Assembly: GCF_020103695.1 (NCBI RefSeq)
Contig: NZ_JAHXBF010000014.1
Coordinates: 236,297-300,296 of the forward strand
DNA: 64,000 bases
Direction: 5' to 3'
Origin: Hyalangium versicolor
GTDB lineage: Bacteria > Myxococcota > Myxococcia > Myxococcales > Myxococcaceae
Under the pieces are notes generated by a model that saw only the letters and a program-made list of their open reading frames with translations, did no database searches and was not told the DNA's origin. Every line of letters starts with the position of its first letter. Within the stretch, counting starts at the first letter, position 1. Position numbers and translations under genes: made by a program. Below, one piece after another: positions 45,856-53,824 of this stretch.

Positions 45856-47250
45856 CTAGGCCGGGACCGGGATCTGCGGCTGCTGCGGCGAAGACGAAAC
45901 GGTGCTCGGGGTAGCCTCGGCGTGAGCAGCCTCCGGCGCCATCGGAGCCACCGCCGTCTCGCCCACCGTCTCTCCGTGCTGGCTGAGATCGAGTCCCTCC
46001 TCCTCGTGCTCCTTGGTGACGCGCAGCGGGATGATGCGATCCACCACCTTGTAGAGCACGTACGAGCCCACGAAGGAGAAGACCGACACGATCACCAGCG
46101 CCAGCATGTGCATGAGGAACGTCCGCGTCTGCCCGTGGATCAGCCCCACGTCCTTGGCCAGCGCGCCCGTGAGGATCATACCCACCACACCGCCCAGGCC
46201 GTGGCAGGGGAACACATCCAGCGTGTCATCCAGCGCCGTGCGGCTCTTGAACGCCACCGCCGCGTTGCTGACGAAGCTGGCCACCAGGCCCACCATGATG
46301 CTCTGGCCCACGGTGATGAAGCCAGCTGCCGGAGTCACCGCCACCAAGCCCACCACCGCGCCCACGCAGGCGCCCATGGCGCTCGGCTTGCGGCCGCGCA
46401 GCCAGTCGAAGGCGAGCCAGCCCAGCATGGCCGCCGCTGAAGCCGTGTTGGTCGTCGCGAACGCCAGCGTCGCCAGCGACGAGGCCGACAGCGCCGAGCC
46501 CGCGTTGAAGCCGAACCAGCCGAACCACAGCATGCCCGTGCCCAGCAGCACGAACGGCAGGTTGGCCGGAGTATGGGTCACGTTCTCCACGTGGACCTTG
46601 CGCCGCCCGAGCACCATCGCGCCCGCCAGCGCCGCGAAGCCCGCGGACATGTGCACCACCGTGCCGCCCGCGAAGTCCAGCACGCCCCACTGGCGCAGGA
46701 AGCCCTCCGGGTGCCACGTCCAGTGCGCCAGCGGCGCGTAGATGAACAGGCTGAAGAGCACCATGAAGACCACGTAGGCCTTGAAGCGCACGCGCTCGGC
46801 GAACGCGCCGGTGATCAGCGCCGGGGTGATGATCGCGAACTTCAGCTGGAACAGCGCGAACAGCATCAACGGGATGGTGGGCGCCAGATCCGGGTGCGTC
46901 TCCCCACCCACGCCGTTGAACATGAAGAACGTGCGCGGATCTCCGATGATCCCGTGGATGCTGTCACCAAAGCTAAGACTGAAACCCACAGCCACCCATA
47001 GCAGGCTGATGACCGCCATGGCCATGTAGCTCTGCATGAGCGTGGAAACCACGTTCTTCAGCCGGACCATGCCGCCGTAGAAGAACGAGAGTCCCGGCGT
47101 CATCAGCAGCACCAGCGCGGTAGCCGTGAGAACCCAAGCCGTGTCCCCTGCATTGATGGGGCTGCCCTGCTTCACTTGGGCCGAGGGCTCGACCACCAGG
47201 CCCAACACTCCCATTCCAGCCAGGACAGCAACCGCCAGCCACTTCTTCAT
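45856..47250 (-). CDS. amt: ammonium transporter (Amt family)
   Basis: It has 11 TM helices and Amt signature regions (DFAGGTVVHMSAGFAALA, GWFGFNAGS). The N-terminal signal MKKWLAVAVLAG is chosen as the start; the ORF is open to 47292. It has a ~40-aa hydrophilic C-terminal tail. A hairpin CCCGGC-TAG-GCCGGG spans the stop codon. Confidence 0.9.
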   Translation of the reverse strand: MKKWLAVAVLAGMGVLGLVVEPSAQVKQGSPINAGDTAWVLTATALVLLMTPGLSFFYGGMVRLKNVVSTLMQSYMAMAVISLLWVAVGFSLSFGDSIHGIIGDPRTFFMFNGVGGETHPDLAPTIPLMLFALFQLKFAIITPALITGAFAERVRFKAYVVFMVLFSLFIYAPLAHWTWHPEGFLRQWGVLDFAGGTVVHMSAGFAALAGAMVLGRRKVHVENVTHTPANLPFVLLGTGMLWFGWFGFNAGSALSASSLATLAFATTNTASAAAMLGWLAFDWLRGRKPSAMGACVGAVVGLVAVTPAAGFITVGQSIMVGLVASFVSNAAVAFKSRTALDDTLDVFPCHGLGGVVGMILTGALAKDVGLIHGQTRTFLMHMLALVIVSVFSFVGSYVLYKVVDRIIPLRVTKEHEEEGLDLSQHGETVGETAVAPMAPEAAHAEATPSTVSSSPQQPQIPVPA

Positions 47251-47376
47251 GCGCTCCTCCAGCACGTGAGGCGACGCATTGCATCGTGACAATTGGCCAG
47301 CTTAATTTCAAGCACCTTTAGACTTAAAGACGGAAACTTAAGCCTAGCTGTCCGGTCCCCTGGGGTAGTTCTTGGT

Positions 47377-48678
47377 TCATTGGGTCATATAGAAGGTTCC
47401 CAGGCACATCTCGTCTTCGGTGCCCTCCCCCCACATGACGTCCTGCGCCATGGGCAGGCTGTTGTCCCAGTGGCACTCGATGGCCATGCGATCGCCTGCC
47501 GTGAGGACCTTCGGCTGGGCGAACGCGTAGCTGCCCTGCCAGTGGAAGTCCCAGCGGGGGATGTCGAGCATGCAGTCGGTGCCGCCCGTCTTCCGCTCGA
47601 TCTCCATGCGTCCCCACGAGCCGAGCGTGTGCATGTGCAACCCGGCCGAGTACACGGTGATGGGCACTCCGTTCACGAAGACGCCCCGCGTCACGTTCGA
47701 GAGCAGCGGCACCAGATCGAACGAGAAGCGATAACGGACATCCGCCTGCCCCGCGGGGATGAGCATGGCATCCGACTGGCGCCAGCTCGGATTCGTCCAC
47801 GGCTGCATGATGGCCACCTTCTGCACCGAGGACTCCAGGCGCACGGAGACCGAAGTCGTGTCGGCCGCCGCGTTCGCGCTGCTCAGGTTGTAGTGGACCT
47901 GCAGGACGATCTTGGAGCCGGGCTCCACCTGGATACCCGTCCCATCGGGGTAGTCCATACCGCCGCTGCCCGGCACCCAGCTGCCAATCCAGGACACCGT
48001 GTTGCCGAGCAGCCCAGGGCCTCCGAAGCAGGTGTACCCCGGCTTCGGATCCGCGTCGTCCAACGCCTGGTAGGTGGCCACTTCGTCGGGCTTCGCCAGA
48101 AACGCAATCACGTGGTGCACGATCGACGGCCGCCCCGGATTGCCTCGGAAGCCACTGATGTAGCGCGTGGCCGTCTCCGGCCAGTCGAGCACGAAGCAGC
48201 GATACTCATCCGGAGACTGCGTGGGCGAGTACGCCTCGGGCATTGCCAGCGTCAGGTCCGCACGTGACAGCCCTCCCTGGCTCACCCTGGGGACAGTGGG
48301 CTCGTCCACGGGATCGCCCTCGGCTCCGCCCTCTTCCACCCAGCGGGAGATCAGCGCGATCTGCTCATCCGAGAGCGAGCGATCCTGCTGGTACTCCGTG
48401 CAGTCCCGCGCCGGCATCCACGGCGGCATGATGCGCGCCTTCACCGAGGCCTTGATGGCTCCGCGCATGGCGAAGACCTGCTCGTAGTTCTGGAGCGGAA
48501 ATGGCGCGATGCCTCCCTCGACATGACACCCGCCACACTTCTCCTGGACGAGCGGCGCGATATCCCGATGGTAGGTGGACGGGACGGGCGGCGGCAGCGG
48601 GGTCTCCTCCGCCGCGTCTCCACAAGCGATCAGCAGGATCGCGATCAGGCCCGTGCCCAGTCCCAACAATCGGCGCAT
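47377..48678 (-). CDS. lipoprotein: c-type heme motif (CGGCH) fused to a PHM/DBH-like copper type II monooxygenase domain
   Basis: The lipobox is LIACGD and the N-terminal heme motif is QEKCGGCH...MPPWMP. Histidines and a Met sit at PHM-like spacing: HH (SIVHHVIAF), H (LQVHYN), HxH (GLHMHTLG), M (EDEMCLGTFYMTQ). Confidence 0.6.
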   Translation of the reverse strand: MRRLLGLGTGLIAILLIACGDAAEETPLPPPVPSTYHRDIAPLVQEKCGGCHVEGGIAPFPLQNYEQVFAMRGAIKASVKARIMPPWMPARDCTEYQQDRSLSDEQIALISRWVEEGGAEGDPVDEPTVPRVSQGGLSRADLTLAMPEAYSPTQSPDEYRCFVLDWPETATRYISGFRGNPGRPSIVHHVIAFLAKPDEVATYQALDDADPKPGYTCFGGPGLLGNTVSWIGSWVPGSGGMDYPDGTGIQVEPGSKIVLQVHYNLSSANAAADTTSVSVRLESSVQKVAIMQPWTNPSWRQSDAMLIPAGQADVRYRFSFDLVPLLSNVTRGVFVNGVPITVYSAGLHMHTLGSWGRMEIERKTGGTDCMLDIPRWDFHWQGSYAFAQPKVLTAGDRMAIECHWDNSLPMAQDVMWGEGTEDEMCLGTFYMTQ

Positions 48679-48818
48679 GGCAACCCCTCGGAGGTGCTCG
48701 GAACGAGCCGGTCCATCCGGCTTCGTCCGGCAGTGCCTTCACTGGCTGGCACAGGGATGGACGCGCGTCGGCATGGATGTGAATTCCGAAGGACCCGGAA
48801 AGGCCGAGGAGTGAAGTC

Positions 48819-48893
48819 TCAGGCCAGCGCTTCGGTCGTGAGGATCAGCACAAGGACGAACAGGAAACGCGCAAGGCCCACAAGCTCTCTCAT
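48819..48893 (-). CDS. possible small hydrophobic peptide (24 aa) MRELVGLARFLFVLVLILTTEALA
   Basis: A short ORF, found by hand, in a locally AT-richer intergenic stretch. It has no clear SD and was not in the ORF track because it is below 60 aa. Speculative. Confidence 0.2.
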   Translation of the reverse strand: MRELVGLARFLFVLVLILTTEALA

Positions 48894-49069
48894 GATTGCA
48901 CCCAGATGAAGATGAGACCCGGGCCCACTGCAGGCCGGATGCCAAGGCGTGCTCACTGTGAATTCAGGCTGTTACGAGGTACCGGCCATCCATCACCGTC
49001 CCGCAGCGCGGGCGGCACGCTCTCCAGACGCGGGCGGCACGCGGCTGCTCGCAGTCGCAGCTCGGCGGC

Positions 49070-49651
49070 TCAGAACGTGTACTTCACTCTCGGGAACAGC
49101 GCGAAGGTGGGGATGTTCGGACCAATGACATAGCGAGCCAGGAAGTCCGCCCCCACCGAGAAGTGATCCATCATCGTCCCGTACTCGATGCCAATGCCCA
49201 CGCCCGCATTGAGCGCGTTGACGGAGCGGCCCGGATCTCCCTCCACATCCACCGGCGCCGGATCCAGCCGCGTGTACCCGGCCGCCACCTTCGGCGTCAG
49301 GTAGAGCCGATCCGTCATCCGCACGTGGTAGGCCGCCGTCATGTCTCCGAAGGCCACCGTGAAGTTGTCCGACAGTGCGCAGATGTCCGAGTCTGGCAGG
49401 TAGCCCGCGAAGCAGTTCGCCGCCGACGAGCCCAGCCCGAAGTGCAGCCCGAGCGAGATCGTCTCCGTCAGGTCATACCCCACGCCGAGCTGCAGGTACG
49501 ACTGCGCGTTCGAGTACGTGTTCTCCCCGCCGAGCGTGAAGAACATGCCGATGTCCGTCTCGGTGAAGAAGCCGCGGCGCGGTTTGAACTCCACGCCTTC
49601 AGGCGGAGGACCCGCCAGGGCAGAGGTGGACACAGCGAGCGCGGCGACCAT
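49070..49651 (-). CDS. small outer-membrane beta-barrel protein, NfsH/GltH-like (last gene of the Nfs/Glt-type operon)
   Basis: A signal peptide (MVAALAVSTSALAG) and alternating beta-strand pattern end in an aromatic C-terminus (RVKYTF) typical of OMPs. Its position matches the nfs/glt gene order. Confidence 0.55.
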   Translation of the reverse strand: MVAALAVSTSALAGPPPEGVEFKPRRGFFTETDIGMFFTLGGENTYSNAQSYLQLGVGYDLTETISLGLHFGLGSSAANCFAGYLPDSDICALSDNFTVAFGDMTAAYHVRMTDRLYLTPKVAAGYTRLDPAPVDVEGDPGRSVNALNAGVGIGIEYGTMMDHFSVGADFLARYVIGPNIPTFALFPRVKYTF

Positions 49652-49888
49652 CAGGTACTTCCTCACAGAACCTCCCACGCAGGCACTCCCTGGCTCATCC
49701 GGGAGCGGCGCTGGACGTTAATGACGCCTCCCGCGCAACGGCAACGCCTGACGTGAAAACTCTTCAGGGCGAACGTCTTCCACCCCACGACTCCGGAACC
49801 TCGAGCCCCACTTCCCGCAAAGAGGAGAGCCCCCAGGCACCCGGAGGCGCGCTGGAGGCTCTCGGACTTCAGCTCCGAGGGGAGTGGC

Positions 49889-51907
49889 TCAGCCCTCGCC
49901 CTCGCTGCCGGCGGGAGAGAAGAGCCACGGGTAGGTGACCGCCACCACACCGCCGCCCTTGGGCTCGGGGAACTTCCAGCGGCGGATGCGCGACAGCATG
50001 CAGTTCTCCGCCGTGGAGTTGTTGAGCGTCGTCTCCGTCACCGAGGCGTCCGCCACCGCACCCGCCGGGTCGATGGTGAAGGCCACCGCCACCTTACCGG
50101 CCAGGCTCGGGTTCTTGTTCAGCTCGGACTCGTAGCAGTATTTGATCTCGTTCTGGTGCTGCCGGATGATCTTGGCGATCACGTCCTTGTCCAGGCCGCC
50201 CACCACCGTGGTTTTGCCCGGGATGATCTTCGTGGTCGCCTTGCCCTTGCCGCCCAGGTCGATGCCGCCGTGGCCACCGGTACCGCGGCCGTTGCCCTGG
50301 GTGCCCAGGCCACCGATGCCCAGCGCCGTGCCGCCACCGCCCGAGCCATTGCCGCGCGAGCCCAGGCCGCCCACGCCCTGCGCATCACCCAGCCCCGCGC
50401 CCGACTTCAGGCCGCCGAGCGAGTTGTTGATACCCGTACCCAGACCGCCGGGCCCGAACACGTCCGAGGCTCCACCCTTCAGGCCCTTGAAGGCGCCGAG
50501 CAGACCGACCTTGCCCACCACCTGCCGGTCCTTCTCGCGCTTGGTCTTGTCCACCACCGGAGTGCCCGGCTTGGAGGGATCGGCCTCTTCCTTCTTGGCC
50601 TCCTGCTTGCCGAACTTGCCCTCCTCGTCCTTGGCCTTGGCGCCCTCCTCCACTCCGGAGAGCTTCAGCTTCTTCACCTCGACCTTCTTCTCGGGCTTGA
50701 TGAGGAACTTCGCCACCCGCTGCTGATCCTGGAGGATGTCATCCGCGTTCGGCGTGTCCGAGCGCGGCGTCAGCAGCATCGCGACGATGACCGCCGCCGA
50801 CGCCATCAGCGTGATGCAGGTGATCTTGAAGTAGGTGAAGTCCGCCTCGTTCAGCGTGTTCACCTTCAAGGCCGGCGAAGGCTTCACGTACCGCACCACG
50901 AAGGCGATCGTCCCGAGCGACACCTCCGCCCGGTCGTGCAGCCCCAGGGAGAAGACCTGGCCCTGGTTCGCCACCGAAGACGCCAGCTTCCCCGCCGCGC
51001 GCAGCGCATCCTTCGTCCGCACATCCCCCTGGTTGGTGACGAAGACGCCACCGCCCGCGGGCACGCGCAGCTCCACCTTGCCGCCCTCGCCCACCGCCAG
51101 CACGTGGCGCTTGCCCACCGCGGAATCGAAGACGTGGAAGAAGTTCTTCTTCGCCTCGCCGATGGTGACCGGCACCCCATCCTTGAAGTGCTGCACCTCG
51201 AGGATCTGATCGCCCCAGAGCATCGCCACCTGGAGCACCTTCGCCTCGGGCGTGGGCATCGCGTCCGGAGGCAACGGCTCCTGCAGGTGCGCCGCCGGCT
51301 GCGGCTTCTTCGCCTGCGGAGGCACTGGAGTCGCCGCCGGGGCCGTCGCCGGAGCCTTCGTCGGCAGAGGGACCGGCGTCGGCGTGGCCTTCAGCCGCAG
51401 CCCCGGAGGCGTCAGCGTGCGGCTCGACGGAGGCACGACGACTTCCGGAGCCGCGTGCATCGAAGGCACCGGCGCCGGCACCGGCGTGCGCTGCGTCACC
51501 GAACCCTGGAAGGCCGGTCCGCTCACCTGCGCACCCACCGGCACCTTGGGAGCAGGAGGCTCGGCCTCGCCAAAGAGCACCTCCACTCGAGAGGAGCCCA
51601 CCGACAGCACATCTCCGGACGCCAGTGGCTTGGGCACCATCAACCGCTGCCCGCCGACCGCCGTTCCGGACTCGCTGCCGAGATCAATCGCGGTGACTCC
51701 GCCGTCCCTGTCCACCTTCAACATCACGTGAAGGTTGGAGACACTCGGGTCTGGAATCTTCACCGCCGCCTGTGCGCCCGAACCGACAATGATGCTCTCC
51801 GCGTCCGCGATGGTCTCCATCGTGGACCCGTCCGGTCCGGTGATACGCAACCTCAATCCGTTGTTCTTCGCCGCCGCCATGAGGATCGTTCCCTTCCCCT
51901 TCCACAC
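49889..51907 (-). CDS. FHA-domain / TonB-C-domain inner-membrane protein, NfsG/GltG-like
   Basis: The N-terminal FHA reads LRLRITGPDG...SNLHVMLKV...DLGSESGTAVGGQRL. A Pro-rich spacer, a TM helix (ITCITLMASAAVIVAMLLTP) and a long Gly-rich repeat region follow. The C-terminal TonB_C-like fold reads GKVAVAFTIDPAGAV...GGVVAVTYPWLFSP. Confidence 0.65.
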   Translation of the reverse strand: MWKGKGTILMAAAKNNGLRLRITGPDGSTMETIADAESIIVGSGAQAAVKIPDPSVSNLHVMLKVDRDGGVTAIDLGSESGTAVGGQRLMVPKPLASGDVLSVGSSRVEVLFGEAEPPAPKVPVGAQVSGPAFQGSVTQRTPVPAPVPSMHAAPEVVVPPSSRTLTPPGLRLKATPTPVPLPTKAPATAPAATPVPPQAKKPQPAAHLQEPLPPDAMPTPEAKVLQVAMLWGDQILEVQHFKDGVPVTIGEAKKNFFHVFDSAVGKRHVLAVGEGGKVELRVPAGGGVFVTNQGDVRTKDALRAAGKLASSVANQGQVFSLGLHDRAEVSLGTIAFVVRYVKPSPALKVNTLNEADFTYFKITCITLMASAAVIVAMLLTPRSDTPNADDILQDQQRVAKFLIKPEKKVEVKKLKLSGVEEGAKAKDEEGKFGKQEAKKEEADPSKPGTPVVDKTKREKDRQVVGKVGLLGAFKGLKGGASDVFGPGGLGTGINNSLGGLKSGAGLGDAQGVGGLGSRGNGSGGGGTALGIGGLGTQGNGRGTGGHGGIDLGGKGKATTKIIPGKTTVVGGLDKDVIAKIIRQHQNEIKYCYESELNKNPSLAGKVAVAFTIDPAGAVADASVTETTLNNSTAENCMLSRIRRWKFPEPKGGGVVAVTYPWLFSPAGSEGEG

Positions 51908-51934
51908 CCAGAAAACGCGCGCCCCCTTCAGGCG

Positions 51935-52210
51935 CTAGAGGTTGTCCACCGACTTCTGCAACTCAGGGTTGAAGTTGTCCCGGACCTTGATGAGGCTTTG
52001 AAAGTCCGTCTTCTTCCGGTTGAGGACGTAGGAGCCTTCCGGCTTGGTGAGCTCGCCCTCCACCGTCACATCCGTGAAGTCGATGACGGTCTTCTTCCGA
52101 TAGACCGTCTTGTCTTCCTCCTGGATGATCTTCACTTCGTCCTTCTCCTGAGCCACCGCAGGGCCCGCCCACAACGCCGCCGCCACCACCGCCGATGCCA
52201 GTCGCTTCAT
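51935..52210 (-). CDS. small secreted protein, NfsF/GltF-like
   Basis: The start is chosen at MKRLASAVVAAALWAGPAVAQ, a signal peptide, with SD GGAGG 6 nt upstream. The ORF is open to 52381. The 91-aa length matches the small F component of the nfs/glt operons. Confidence 0.5.
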   Translation of the reverse strand: MKRLASAVVAAALWAGPAVAQEKDEVKIIQEEDKTVYRKKTVIDFTDVTVEGELTKPEGSYVLNRKKTDFQSLIKVRDNFNPELQKSVDNL

Positions 52211-52399
52211 CTTCAGCCTCCGTTCACCCATCGGTTTCGACAGCGAGCCCTGGAAGAGGTTCCCGCAGGTTCTTGCAGGAGTCGATCCAAGCCCAATTCC
52301 CAGGATCGTAGGGAACTTGGCCCTCGCCTGCCACGTTGCCCGGCCCCCATCGGGAAAAATCTTCCCACTGCTTCCAGTCATTTGTCCCGTCCGAGGTGC

Positions 52400-53824
52400 T
52401 CAAGGTGCAGGCGAGGGAGCAGGCGCACCGGCCGGAGCCGTCTCGTTCGCGGGAGCTGCCTCCTCGGGCTCGGGCGCGTTGCCTTCCTGTTGCGCCGCGT
52501 CCTCCGACACCTTGTCCAGCAGCGAGTTGTCACCGCCCTGAGCCGGGGTGGCCGCCTTCTTCTCCTCGGCCGTGGGCTGGGGCGCGCCGTTCTTCTGCAT
52601 CGCCTGGATGCCCTGCACCTTGGCCTCGATCATCTGCTTGTCCTGCGCCGAGGTGCTCTGCAATCCCTTGCAGCGTTCGAGGAAGCCGAGCGCCTTGTCC
52701 CAGCCAGCGCGGTCCGACGCATAGGCCCAGCCCGCGCCGCAGACGGCATCCGGTTGCTCCGGACGCAGGACGAGCACCTTCTCGTAGGCCTCACCCGCGA
52801 CGATGCCCTTCTTCGGATCGCGGCCCTTCTGCCCATCGAGCGCGTAGGCGTAATAGAGGTGGCCCTCGTAGGCGGCGGGATCGAGCTCCACCGCCTTGGA
52901 GAAGGCCCGCTCGGCGCCCTGATAGTCCCGGTAGGACAGCGCCATGGCGCCGATGTTCAGGTAGCCCGGAGCGAACTTCTGATCGAGCGACACGGCCTTC
53001 TGGAACTGGGCCAGCGCGCGAGGACGATCGTTCAGCTTCAGGTAGATCATCCCCAGGTTGTTGTAGACGCCCGGATCGTTCTCCGCGAGCTTGCGAGCGT
53101 TGGCGCTCACCACCTCGGCCAACCGGTAGTTGCCCTGGTCGTAATAGATGAGGGCCAGGTTCTTGTAGGCCTCAGGGTTGTCCTTGCTGCGCGCGAGCAC
53201 GCGACGCGCGGTGGCCTCGGCCTCGTCGAACCGGCCCGCCAGCCGGTAGGCCACGGTGAGGTTGTTGAGCAGCGCCACGTCATGCTCGTGGCCCGGAGCC
53301 TTCAACGCCTTCTCGTACAAGCTGATGGCGTCGTCGAACCGATCCTGCAGCCGGTACAGCCGGCCCAGGTTCAGCAGCGAGGGCTGGTGGTTCGCATCCA
53401 CCGAGAGGACCTTCTCATAGGCCGCCTGGGCATCCGGGAGGCGGCCCTGGCGCTCGGCGATGAGGCCCAGGTTGAACTGGGCGTTGAGGCTCTGCGGAGC
53501 CCTCGCCACCACCTCCTCGAAGGCCTTGCGGGCCGCGTCGTAATCCCCGGCATCGAACGCCGCGAGCGCGGCCTGGAACCGCTCCTGCGCTCCGGAGTCC
53601 GTGGCCCCCGGCCCAGCGGCCGGCGTGGGCGACGCAGCCGGCGAGGCAGGCTGAGCCGCGACCTGCGTGGGCTGCTGCTTCGGCGCCGTCTCGGTGAGAG
53701 GCGTCGGCTTGATCTGCGAGCCCGTGGCACACGCGGTCGTGAAGGCGAGCGCGGCGGCTGCGAACGTGCGAGCGATCGTCATGGCGTTCTTCCCTGAGGA
53801 TTCGATGGATGAAGTGCGCTTCAC
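52400..53824 (-). CDS. TPR-repeat lipoprotein, NfsE/GltE-like
   Basis: The lipobox is ALAFTTACATG and the Ala/Pro-rich linker is followed by about 9 TPR repeats. Its start overlaps the upstream gene's stop (ATGA). Confidence 0.65.
   Translation of the reverse strand: MKRTSSIESSGKNAMTIARTFAAAALAFTTACATGSQIKPTPLTETAPKQQPTQVAAQPASPAASPTPAAGPGATDSGAQERFQAALAAFDAGDYDAARKAFEEVVARAPQSLNAQFNLGLIAERQGRLPDAQAAYEKVLSVDANHQPSLLNLGRLYRLQDRFDDAISLYEKALKAPGHEHDVALLNNLTVAYRLAGRFDEAEATARRVLARSKDNPEAYKNLALIYYDQGNYRLAEVVSANARKLAENDPGVYNNLGMIYLKLNDRPRALAQFQKAVSLDQKFAPGYLNIGAMALSYRDYQGAERAFSKAVELDPAAYEGHLYYAYALDGQKGRDPKKGIVAGEAYEKVLVLRPEQPDAVCGAGWAYASDRAGWDKALGFLERCKGLQSTSAQDKQMIEAKVQGIQAMQKNGAPQPTAEEKKAATPAQGGDNSLLDKVSEDAAQQEGNAPEPEEAAPANETAPAGAPAPSPAP

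Noticed and set aside
50156-53797. 1213-aa plus-strand ORF spanning the FHA/TonB, GltF-like and TPR lipoprotein genes
   Set aside because: It is a low-complexity Arg/Leu/His-rich antisense artefact. It crosses three well-supported minus-strand genes.
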